Virus record (IMG/VR): IMGVR_UViG_3300003323_000666
Coordinates: 7,766-71,765 of that record
Source: a virus
Length of the DNA stretch: 64,000 nt
Strand: one strand, 5' to 3'
Part shown: positions 56,179 through 64,000 of the stretch, piece after piece
Layout: each line of letters opens with the position of its first letter
Position numbering within the stretch: position 1 is the stretch's first letter
Translations under genes and position numbers: made by a program
The notes under the pieces: generated by a model
The model's database searches: none
Seen by the model: the letters and a program-made list of their open reading frames with translations, nothing else
Told to the model about the DNA's origin: nothing

Positions 56179-56431
56179 CTTCCTTGCCCTCCTCCGGCTC
56201 TGTTTTAGGTTCAATGTATCCGTGTTCCAATAAATATTGATCTACAGTAGTGCTATTTATTTTCCATAGACGGGAAATTTCTATGCTATTAGCAAACTCT
56301 CGGATTGCTTCAGCCTGTACGGCTATACACAATTTAGAAACCTTCATTGAGACATGAACTTTACTATTTTTTTGTAGAAAAAACTGTAAATCAAATTTTC
56401 TTTGTCCATATGTCATTTTCTGATCAGGCAT
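56171..56431 (-). CDS. Small protein, YL..G(L/Y)(I/V)P C-terminal family (A5)
   Basis: AEAIR...VDQYLLEHGYIEP similar to 61605..61904. Confidence 0.65.
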   Translation of the reverse strand: MPDQKMTYGQRKFDLQFFLQKNSKVHVSMKVSKLCIAVQAEAIREFANSIEISRLWKINSTTVDQYLLEHGYIEPKTEPEEGKEDE

Positions 56432-56723
56432 TTTGTAGGCCCTCCTGCGCCGGATCGGGGATAAGACCGCGTTTTACTAAATAAGTATTTATTTGTGTCT
56501 CGCTTTTCCCTAGACTACCCATTAAATACCGCACTTCCATTTCTTGTTCTTTCAACATGTCTTTAGCTGATTCTGTTTGCCAATTTATCCATCTATCTCT
56601 GATAGATTGGTGAACATCCTTCCATATTTGTTGATATATACCTCTATCAGGACCATTATGTCGTTCGTGCTGTCGTTTTGCCAGCATCTCCTTAATGTTC
56701 TGCAAGTTCTGCTCGTATCTCAT
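56424..56723 (-). CDS. Small protein, same family (A6)
   Basis: Ends RGLIPDPAQEG, as does 61343..61621. Confidence 0.7.
   Translation of the reverse strand: MRYEQNLQNIKEMLAKRQHERHNGPDRGIYQQIWKDVHQSIRDRWINWQTESAKDMLKEQEMEVRYLMGSLGKSETQINTYLVKRGLIPDPAQEGLQNA
56439..56473. repeat. Junction repeat R5, copy A (32/35 match to 61361-61395)
   Basis: gccctcctg[c/t]gccggatc[g/a]gg[g/a]ataagaccgcgtt. Confidence 0.9.
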
Positions 56724-56735
56724 GTGTTTATTCTT

Positions 56736-57122
56736 TTATTTGTCTATAGGAGTAAATTTAGGCGCGTTCTGATCCATAAATCTCTTTAATAAACCTAACG
56801 CTTGACAAGAATCCTCAAACGTTGTAATAGGTTGAATGTAGCTAAAAGAATAGTCAACGTGATCAATCTCTAATAAGAGATAGGCGTCACTCCCCCAGTA
56901 TTCATAATTAACAGCATATCGACCATTCTTTCCCTTAACTACCTTACAGTGGCTATACTCACTGTTTGGTTGCCACAATTCACACACCGGCTTTACGACC
57001 CATTTCGCCCAAACATTGCCTCCGTTATAAAGCTGGTCGTATTTAAGGAATACCCAAAAGGCCATCGGTAGAATAAGAAGAGCCAATAGCACACTATATA
57101 TAATTGTAGATAATTTTTTCAT
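56736..57122 (-). CDS. Membrane-anchored hypothetical protein
   Basis: MKKLSTIIYSVLLALLILPMAFW start. Confidence 0.55.
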   Translation of the reverse strand: MKKLSTIIYSVLLALLILPMAFWVFLKYDQLYNGGNVWAKWVVKPVCELWQPNSEYSHCKVVKGKNGRYAVNYEYWGSDAYLLLEIDHVDYSFSYIQPITTFEDSCQALGLLKRFMDQNAPKFTPIDK

Positions 57123-57130
57123 TTGTTTTA

Positions 57131-57403
57131 TTACAACAGTTTGAATATGAAAAATCCGGTCATGAACAATAAACACAATGCAATACATGTATATACGGTC
57201 ACATGTCTATAGTCCGAATTTTTACTTTCTTCAGTTGGGTAGAATGCTATCCTAAATGCCGTGATAGCGAGGGATATAGGCCATGTAGCTGATAATAATA
57301 TCATGCGAAACAGTATCCCTGGCTTATATTGATCCGAGAAATAGACGACAGTGAATATAATCAACGCGATTAACCAATAACATGTGACCAATATTTCTTT
57401 CAT
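57131..57403 (-). CDS. Small multi-pass membrane protein
   Basis: Three hydrophobic segments. Confidence 0.6.
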   Translation of the reverse strand: MKEILVTCYWLIALIIFTVVYFSDQYKPGILFRMILLSATWPISLAITAFRIAFYPTEESKNSDYRHVTVYTCIALCLLFMTGFFIFKLL

Positions 57404-57756
57404 GGCTTGAAGTTTAAAAGGCTGTCAGGAATCGGGCACCAGTGAGTAACATTGTACACTTCAATTTCTATCATCCTCCCTCCAGTCAATGGACTAATCC
57501 ATTTTTTTCTATCCGAATGATACTCTGCGCTTCCAAAGCATGATTCGAGCAAGCCAAAGAAAGGGTTTTTATAAATTATTATCACTGGCTCACCTCCATT
57601 CTCAGGCAGGCGCTCAGTCACTGGTATCCATTTAAGCTCTGCCCAATCCGCGCCGGCAATAAATGATTCCCTACGTACCTTACCTTCCGGCTTAACCTCT
57701 GCGGTTCTGATAAGAGCACAATATGCCTCAGCGGCTTCCTGTTTTGTTTGGTTCAT
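57400..57756 (-). CDS. DUF551-like protein
   Basis: WIPVTERLPE...VTHWCPIP. Confidence 0.85.
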   Translation of the reverse strand: MNQTKQEAAEAYCALIRTAEVKPEGKVRRESFIAGADWAELKWIPVTERLPENGGEPVIIIYKNPFFGLLESCFGSAEYHSDRKKWISPLTGGRMIEIEVYNVTHWCPIPDSLLNFKP

Positions 57757-58040
57757 CGTTCGTCACTGTTTGAATTAAAACTTGGCAATATACCCAGATA
57801 ATAACATTTGTCACCTATTGACCTAACGGACATGTGATAGTAGAATCCATCTATCTTATCCTCTGGCTCACCACCTTGCCCCACAAAGCCATATTCTGTG
57901 TTATGACTAAATTCAGAAGGGACGGTTTCCAGTATATCCATCATTAATGGTTCGTCGATTTCACAAGGGGCAAGACCTAGATATTCTTTCATGTCAAGTC
58001 CTGATTTTTCCCATCCTTTTAATGTTTTAATGTTGCTCAT
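57753..58040 (-). CDS. Hypothetical protein
   Basis: Coupled ORF. Confidence 0.65.
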   Translation of the reverse strand: MSNIKTLKGWEKSGLDMKEYLGLAPCEIDEPLMMDILETVPSEFSHNTEYGFVGQGGEPEDKIDGFYYHMSVRSIGDKCYYLGILPSFNSNSDER

Positions 58041-58360
58041 TGTTCTGTGTTTTTATTAATTACTTGTAATTCTAATCTTTGTAGACGTTCTATTTCAGCA
58101 ACAATCAGTGCCCCGGCTTTAATAAGCTCTCGCTGCCTTAATTCGGGCGTAGGCTTCCAGTACTCGTGTGACCATGGCCAGTCACCTGGATATCCAACAA
58201 ACCAATTATTTGTCCTTCTTTTTTCGGCAGGAAGAGCATAGCAAGCCGCAGCTATAGCCAATTCTTGCCCATCCTGCAGGTCATCTTCTTCGCTAGTATA
58301 GCCCTCAACATTTATTTGACGCTGACGTTCTTCCTGAATAAGTTCAAGTGCTGTTTTCAT
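58037..58360 (-). CDS. Conserved phage protein (ERQRQ..EG...AAACYAL..WPW..RELIKAGALIVAEIERL)
   Basis: Recognisable motif. Confidence 0.8.
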   Translation of the reverse strand: MKTALELIQEERQRQINVEGYTSEEDDLQDGQELAIAAACYALPAEKRRTNNWFVGYPGDWPWSHEYWKPTPELRQRELIKAGALIVAEIERLQRLELQVINKNTEQ

Positions 58361-58382
58361 TTTTATTTTTTTATTTGGTGTT

Positions 58383-58622
58383 CTATTCATTTAATGATTC
58401 CGCCGACCTTTTTAGGCAATACTGGGCGATTTGGCAGTATTTCAGCTGAGTATTAGTACAATGCTCGACCAGCCATTGAGTGCGCTCCTTTTGAGCTGCT
58501 TTCTGCCAAAAAACAGATTCTGCTGTAGCCTTGTTAGCTAAGCAATGCCATATTTTTGCACGCCTGAGCCTCTCATCTGTTGGCTCTTTTTGGAACCAGG
58601 AGAAGATATTGAAAATTTTCAT
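58383..58622 (-). CDS. Hypothetical protein
   Basis: ORF. Confidence 0.55.
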   Translation of the reverse strand: MKIFNIFSWFQKEPTDERLRRAKIWHCLANKATAESVFWQKAAQKERTQWLVEHCTNTQLKYCQIAQYCLKRSAESLNE

Positions 58623-58623
58623 G

Positions 58624-58875
58624 CTATAGGAATTTTAATAGCTGATGGCAAAATACCTCATCTACATTTTGTATCATAAATCCATCTACGTCCACAAATT
58701 CGGTTTCTTCGCAATCAATCTTTTGTACTTCAAACAGTCCGTTTTTAAATCCCTCTATAAATCCGGCCTTGTACATTGGAATAAGAATAGATATCAATTG
58801 ATACGCCCTGAATCCATCACGACCTTCAATTGTTAATCTCTGCGCCTTGCTATCCCAATCAAACGATTTAATCAT
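58624..58875 (-). CDS. Hypothetical protein
   Basis: ORF. Confidence 0.55.
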   Translation of the reverse strand: MIKSFDWDSKAQRLTIEGRDGFRAYQLISILIPMYKAGFIEGFKNGLFEVQKIDCEETEFVDVDGFMIQNVDEVFCHQLLKFL

Positions 58876-59044
58876 AGTGAGTTTGTTTTATAAAGTTAAC
58901 CACTTTTGCGAAAAAGAAAAATAAATTATTGCAAAAATTACGATCCAGAAAAATAAACACCCTAATCGATAATACATGTCTGATCGTCTACCGCTAATGA
59001 ACTCGTAATTATGCTTTCTATACAACCGTTTCATGATGAAAAAT

Positions 59045-59230
59045 CTAAGTGTTTCTATTTTTTTCTTCGTCAAAATTATAGACTCCTGCGGCAGCCGCGC
59101 ATAGAATGCCAGAGGGGAATAATATGTAATCTGGTATTCTGCTCCCGTTTAAATGATAGCATATAAGTATCACGCAATAAAGAATTACTGTGTATACAAT
59201 CGCTAACGCTATTTTCTGTATGAGTTTCAT
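59045..59230 (-). CDS. Small membrane protein
   Basis: Two hydrophobic segments. Confidence 0.55.
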   Translation of the reverse strand: MKLIQKIALAIVYTVILYCVILICYHLNGSRIPDYILFPSGILCAAAAGVYNFDEEKNRNT

Positions 59231-59640
59231 TTTAATAGTTCTGGGTTCTGGTAAATATTGCCAATGACTTTTACTGGTCTGTTTGGGTTAAAGCCTATGA
59301 TGTGATTTTTATTATTATTTATTGCTGCCACGGCAAACGCTGCCCGACTAAAAATAACCCGTCCTATGTATAAATATTCTTGGCCCCATGTTATTCCGGT
59401 GGTTGTAATTTCTACAATGTCATCCTCATAAATATCAACCCCATTTTTATCTTTCAGCCCAGTATATTGCATAAGTATAGCAGCTTTCTGTTTTATTATA
59501 TATTCCCCTTTGACCACAGGATTAACAGCAAAAAATGAATCTACTTGCTCCCCGTCAAACCCGGTCCAGGTAATTTCCCACACTTTAACCATAGTATGAT
59601 TTTTCTTGTCCCATGCTCTAAATTTAATCTGTCTTTCCAT
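59227..59640 (-). CDS. YopX-family protein (second copy)
   Basis: IKFRAWD, MQYTGLKDKNGVDIYEDDIV, VIGNIYQNPELL. Confidence 0.9.
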   Translation of the reverse strand: MERQIKFRAWDKKNHTMVKVWEITWTGFDGEQVDSFFAVNPVVKGEYIIKQKAAILMQYTGLKDKNGVDIYEDDIVEITTTGITWGQEYLYIGRVIFSRAAFAVAAINNNKNHIIGFNPNRPVKVIGNIYQNPELLK

Positions 59641-59641
59641 C

Positions 59642-59848
59642 TTATTTTTTGTTGTGTTTAAAATTAGAAACAGTAAATTCTAATCGACTTCGCCATCCAT
59701 AATAGCGATCATATTGCTCTTTTTGCGCCTGACTACCTAACACATGAAATTCAGCCGGTGATATTTCCTCGTAATCACACCCTATGTTCTCACATATATT
59801 AACTGCTGTCTTTTCTGTACTGACTGTCGCGATATGTACGTAACTCAT
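59642..59848 (-). CDS. Hypothetical protein
   Basis: ORF. Confidence 0.55.
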   Translation of the reverse strand: MSYVHIATVSTEKTAVNICENIGCDYEEISPAEFHVLGSQAQKEQYDRYYGWRSRLEFTVSNFKHNKK

Positions 59849-59849
59849 G

Positions 59850-60215
59850 TTATAATATTTTAGTGACTTTATATCCTAGCGCTTTTAATCTCGCTAGGCC
59901 TGGTAAATAATGTTTTTTCTCATGCGGAAATATCAGCGACGGATCCTGAAGATTGACATCTATGTTCTCTCTATACAGCTTGATTCCGTCAATTATGCAT
60001 CCTTTGGCATCAATGCCGTTTGATCCAACAGCGATAGTAATATTCTTGCTGCGAACCCGTCCTTGATAAATGATATGCCCATCTATGTCGTAATAGTCAA
60101 GATAGAACCAATTGTGAAATAGCGTTTGAATCCATCCTATTATCTGATCGTCTTTCCGCTGTATGACATAGGCGTTTATTTCCGGCAAGTATTTGTATGA
60201 TCTAATCGGCCTCAT
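59850..60215 (-). CDS. Hypothetical protein
   Basis: ORF. Confidence 0.6.
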   Translation of the reverse strand: MRPIRSYKYLPEINAYVIQRKDDQIIGWIQTLFHNWFYLDYYDIDGHIIYQGRVRSKNITIAVGSNGIDAKGCIIDGIKLYRENIDVNLQDPSLIFPHEKKHYLPGLARLKALGYKVTKIL

Positions 60216-60363
60216 TTACGATCATTTTTTCATTTATCTGCTTGAAATCTGAATCCTTATAGGAGTTATCCGATCCAGTTAGATACCACACTTTAGATTC
60301 TTTATCATATAGGGCAACCTCCCATCCATCAAATAATACCCAATAATATCCGCTTTGTCTCAT
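60202..60363 (-). CDS. Hypothetical protein (MRQSGYYWV...)
   Basis: Start coupled (ATGA) to the B1 stop. Confidence 0.6.
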   Translation of the reverse strand: MRQSGYYWVLFDGWEVALYDKESKVWYLTGSDNSYKDSDFKQINEKMIVNEAD

Positions 60364-60572
60364 GATATCCCAGCCTCCTTTGCCGGTCTGTTTATACATG
60401 GTGGTTCTTCCAAAAAGATTGGATATACGATGTTTTTTGTCTTTGTATACATAATACCTTCAATTGCATCATATATTTTTAGACAATCGCAATGTTTGCA
60501 CTCTTCCTTAGACAAAGCAAGTTCTACGCTTTGCCAGTTGAACCACTCATGCTGGTTTATTGTCTGTTCCAT
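60360..60572 (-). CDS. HEW..CxxC..PC family small protein (B1)
   Basis: Paralogue of A1. Confidence 0.7.
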   Translation of the reverse strand: MEQTINQHEWFNWQSVELALSKEECKHCDCLKIYDAIEGIMYTKTKNIVYPIFLEEPPCINRPAKEAGIS

Positions 60573-60575
60573 AGT

Positions 60576-60824
60576 TTAGTATATTGAAACTATTGATGGG
60601 AAATATTCTCCAGTACGATTATTAGTCACCCTTTCTACCCCATAAGATTTTTCATCTAATATTCTCGTTGCCATTGCCAAAACCTCCGCCTTAGATGAAT
60701 TTTCCGCCCTTACAGCAACGACATTATCATCATCGTAGAATTTTACAAAGTATAAATCCCAGTCATCATGTGTGCCATCTAAATTCAATATGGCTTGCGT
60801 AAAACGATTACTATTTTTTTCCAT
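60576..60824 (-). CDS. Hypothetical protein (B2)
   Basis: Same slot as A2 but unrelated after MEK. Confidence 0.65.
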   Translation of the reverse strand: MEKNSNRFTQAILNLDGTHDDWDLYFVKFYDDDNVVAVRAENSSKAEVLAMATRILDEKSYGVERVTNNRTGEYFPSIVSIY

Positions 60825-61005
60825 TGTCTGTGGTTTGTCTGGTTATGCATTGGGGTTCTTCTCTGGATATACCACCGCAGAATTCATCCCTATATAAGGT
60901 GCCGTCTTCAGTCTCCAGTCTTTCTGCAAGGCAATGCTTACATTTCTCCCAAAATGTTAGTGAATCGGGGCCTTCCCACTCATGCTTTATTATCTGTTCT
61001 TTCAT
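60811..61005 (-). CDS. HEW..CxxC..PC family small protein (B3)
   Basis: Paralogue of A3. Confidence 0.7.
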   Translation of the reverse strand: MKEQIIKHEWEGPDSLTFWEKCKHCLAERLETEDGTLYRDEFCGGISREEPQCITRQTTDNGKK

Positions 61006-61343
61006 TACCAGTTAATATTATATGTGGTAAAAAATATTTCTGGCGGATTTGGTATGTTGCTCCAACAAAAGAAATAATCTAGGCCTGGGAAGTCATCGTC
61101 AAGCATGGTGCCTACATAAGGTGGCTCCCCGCTGCCTTTAGCCCACCATGAAACCGTTTCGTTTTCTTCCGGCAACGACTGACCTTCATCGCTGTGGTCA
61201 ATTACTGTATAGGTAATCTCATACTTGTCTGTGTGTGTTATCTGTCCTTTCTTTACCATATTACCAGTATTTAGTGAATAATATCCAGTTTGAGAATCTG
61301 ACTTTATCCCACCAATATCGTACAGTTGAAGGATTGCATTCAT
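61005..61343 (-). CDS. Hypothetical protein (B4; possible internal start MVKKGQIT at 61259)
   Basis: Shares the 17-bp KGQIT repeat (61236-61252) with A4 (56155-56171). Confidence 0.6.
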   Translation of the reverse strand: MNAILQLYDIGGIKSDSQTGYYSLNTGNMVKKGQITHTDKYEITYTVIDHSDEGQSLPEENETVSWWAKGSGEPPYVGTMLDDDFPGLDYFFCWSNIPNPPEIFFTTYNINW

Positions 61344-61621
61344 TACATTTCATTTGCCTTGCCCTCCTGTGCCGGATCAGGAATAAGACCGCGTTCGATT
61401 AACTCTGCATCAATTTCGATATCAGGAAATTCCGTGTATCGTTCTAAAAAAACTCTTGCTACTTTCTCCATTCGCTTAACGGCTATGCGGGCATACTCCA
61501 CTCTGTTCAGTATTCTGCTTTCTTTTGCCCAATCGGCAACCATTGACCACTCTTCTCTACTAGTGCTTTTAGCCATCTCTTCAGCGATCTCACGGATTAT
61601 TGCGTTATGCTTGTTCATCAT
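61343..61621 (-). CDS. Small protein ending RGLIPDPAQEG (B5)
   Basis: Shared C-terminus with A6. Confidence 0.7.
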   Translation of the reverse strand: MMNKHNAIIREIAEEMAKSTSREEWSMVADWAKESRILNRVEYARIAVKRMEKVARVFLERYTEFPDIEIDAELIERGLIPDPAQEGKANEM

Positions 61622-61904
61622 GTTCGGTTTGTGGCACGTAGCCGTTTACTTTTAGATAGATGTCGATATCCTGTTGCTGCGTTTTATGGTGCGCTTCGTC
61701 GGAGAGATTATGTACTCCCTGCGGATCAGGGTCATACATTTCTGTCAAAGCAGCTCTTATTGCTTCCGCGGCTGCCGCGCAGGTTACTTCTGCATCTCCG
61801 AGGCAATCCGCGTCCTGCCAACCCGCATCTTCATCAACGGATAACTTATTCCATTTGTCGGCATGCTGCTGCGCGTACATCTTTAGGCGTTCTTCGTATA
61901 TCAT
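61605..61904 (-). CDS. Small protein, same family (B6)
   Basis: MIYEERL...AEAIR...IDIYLKVNGYVP. Confidence 0.7.
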   Translation of the reverse strand: MIYEERLKMYAQQHADKWNKLSVDEDAGWQDADCLGDAEVTCAAAAEAIRAALTEMYDPDPQGVHNLSDEAHHKTQQQDIDIYLKVNGYVPQTEHDEQA

Positions 61905-62068
61905 GATTGAGCGTCTTGTATTATTAAGATTCCTGTTTGTCCAATATATCGATGTCTTACTATTTCAACATCTTCTATATGCACTTTTGTTCCGTCAGGG
62001 AAACGGACCATTACCAGTTCCTTATCTGGTAACTCTTCAAGTAGGTCCACAAGTTCTTCTTTTGTCAT
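61901..62068 (-). CDS. 55-aa hypothetical protein, not in ORF track
   Basis: Manual translation MTKEELVDLLEELPDKELV...; ATGA coupling. Confidence 0.6.
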   Translation of the reverse strand: MTKEELVDLLEELPDKELVMVRFPDGTKVHIEDVEIVRHRYIGQTGILIIQDAQS

Positions 62069-62077
62069 ATAGTTTAT

Positions 62078-62317
62078 TTAAATGGCAGCAAGCGCCTGTT
62101 CAAGAAATATTTTACGATCTAAGAGTATATCTTGACAGCTATTACGAAGCACTCTCATAGCCCCTTCACCTAGGCTATCTATAGAAATGCCAACACTACT
62201 TCCTGGCGACTCTTGAAAGTATATATAATAACCTGTTTCCGATGCATTAATAGCCCTCTCTAGTATATCAATATGTTCCTTTATTTGCGTTGCTTTTTGT
62301 AGGTCTTCTCTTGTCAT
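62078..62317 (-). CDS. Hypothetical protein
   Basis: ORF. Confidence 0.6.
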   Translation of the reverse strand: MTREDLQKATQIKEHIDILERAINASETGYYIYFQESPGSSVGISIDSLGEGAMRVLRNSCQDILLDRKIFLEQALAAI

Positions 62318-62541
62318 GTTATTGGTTTGAAGCGTTCAATTAAATAAGCCCTGTAATTCTTTGTTTCGCTACGTGCCCATGCAACCGCGCTGCAACTAAC
62401 GACACAGGCAGCTTCATACGTTTTAACAATATGATGCTGTCCCTCGTCGTCAATAAGGTACATCTCAGTGCCAACTGGATATTTCGCGTTAAACTCGTCA
62501 ACCTGTTTTTGCGCCCTCTTTTCAAGTGCCTTAAGATTCAT
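62314..62541 (-). CDS. Hypothetical protein (FNAKYPVGT motif)
   Basis: ORF. Confidence 0.65.
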   Translation of the reverse strand: MNLKALEKRAQKQVDEFNAKYPVGTEMYLIDDEGQHHIVKTYEAACVVSCSAVAWARSETKNYRAYLIERFKPIT

Positions 62542-62884
62542 TTTCTCCGTCTTTAAAGTTTCTGAAAATCATTTTACAGCTCTTATACTTAGCCGGCTTC
62601 ATGTGTTTTGTGTCTAATTTCAATATAGCTCTAACCGTGGTATCATTAGGCAGAGCAATAAAATGGTCATTATAGTCATCCGCTGGAAGGAACAATTTAT
62701 CAGCCTCTTCTTTAAGAATAGGAACATTCTCCGGATCATTTTTAAAATCTTTATCTACCTGCTCTCGGGAATAGATGCCTGCATTTTTTTTGTGGTAACA
62801 ATAACCACAGTAATTTGACCCCCATAAGGTGAGTGCGGTGTCTGCTTTACTTGTGTGTTTTATACTCACTATGTAGTATTCCAT
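62531..62884 (-). CDS. Hypothetical protein
   Basis: Likely start MEYYIVSIKHT. Confidence 0.65.
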   Translation of the reverse strand: MEYYIVSIKHTSKADTALTLWGSNYCGYCYHKKNAGIYSREQVDKDFKNDPENVPILKEEADKLFLPADDYNDHFIALPNDTTVRAILKLDTKHMKPAKYKSCKMIFRNFKDGENES

Positions 62885-63301
62885 TTGTATGTTTTTTATA
62901 GAAAAAAAATTACGATTATAGCCAGCCATATGAAGCAGCCGACAATTACAGATTTCACTATCTTAACGTTGCTCATGTGAATTTTGTTTTCTGATTTGTA
63001 ATTCATGCTCAAAATATTCTATTCGCTTCGCAGTGCGAATACATTTAGCCTTGTTCTTGGGGCTGCATTCCATAAATGCCACCCGCTGCTCTTCAGCCAA
63101 TTTCAGCTTCAGGTGTTTTATTATTGTCTCTATTCCGTTGTCGTACATGATCAATGTATTTTATTTGTGAATAAAGCGAGTTAAGATCTTCTACTGATAT
63201 CGCGCACAAGAAATAATCTCCATCTGTTCCATACAGGCAGATAGTGGACTCATTTTCCATAAGTTTAAAATATCTGCCACTCGGTAATTTACTATCCATA
63301 T

Positions 63302-63607
63302 TCATAGATTTTCTTCTATCCAATCAGCAATTTTATGAAATGATGCGCCCCCATCATTCATATCAGCTAGTTTTTTCTGTAGATCAAAATCATTAGATAA
63401 CTCTTCGGGAACCCCCGGACAATCGTCAGGGATGTATGAATAGAAGTAGTTAATATCTACCTTTCCCACATGAGCTGCAACACCCAAACAACAGTACCTC
63501 TCATTATCGCTTGATAGCAACCCTCCCACACCCTGTTTATACTTTCCAGATCTTAATGCCTCAATCCAGAGCTTTTTAAAGTCTTCAGGCAATTTTTTGT
63601 GTTCCAT
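63302..63607 (-). CDS. Conserved phage protein (W.EALRSG.Y.QG...CCLGV...MND.G.SF..IADWIE)
   Basis: Recognisable motif. Confidence 0.8.
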   Translation of the reverse strand: MEHKKLPEDFKKLWIEALRSGKYKQGVGGLLSSDNERYCCLGVAAHVGKVDINYFYSYIPDDCPGVPEELSNDFDLQKKLADMNDGGASFHKIADWIEENL

Positions 63608-63781
63608 TTGTTAGTAATTAGATTGTTAGTAGTAACAAATATCATCGTATTTCACATAGTACCGCATCTGTGCGAAGCGTATACGAGCAGAATAAATGCA
63701 ATTTGCATAGATGGCTATAATGCCAGCCTTTGTGGCGATTGCGTACCTTTTCATAATATTAATTTTTAAATTGATTATGAT

Positions 63782-64000
<219 letters not shown>

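Noticed and set aside
55216-61904. CRISPR array or integron attC array
   Set aside because: The repeats are different sequences mostly present twice, lie within coding ends, are not palindromic, and there is no cas or integrase gene.

Overview
The window is most of a tailed dsDNA phage genome. It has podovirus, crAss-like-related gene architecture and very probably infects a Bacteroidota host: a TAnnTTTG promoter element recurs before most operons, and signal peptides are followed by Gln. Layout: (1) 1-8332 (+), small genes, HU/IHF, RepL-like protein, large terminase; (2) 8329-11405 (-), HTH proteins, MazG-like, YopX, RNase HI; (3) 11.4-12.4 kb, a structured non-coding region with a tRNA-Tyr; (4) 12442-46912 (+), portal, scaffold, major capsid, ring/nozzle tail proteins, ejection proteins including a 2426-aa polyvalent protein, tail spikes/fibres and lysis genes; (5) 46909-64000 (-), a secreted fibre-like gene, sliding clamp, DnaA-CTD, exonuclease plus Sak-like recombinase and many small genes. 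I recognised no integrase, DNA polymerase, RNA polymerase, reverse transcriptase or CRISPR array. Most striking observations: two collinear small-gene clusters about 5.1 kb apart that share about 35-bp junctions but have swapped or divergent interiors; a 48-aa basic gene nested out of frame inside the giant protein; fibre-like proteins with Sec signal peptides; an apparently permuted SGNH domain; a short/long pair of capsid-linked paralogues split by a terminator; and a kissing-loop RNA within a dense ncRNA locus. All functional calls come from motif recognition and synteny by eye. No database searches were run.
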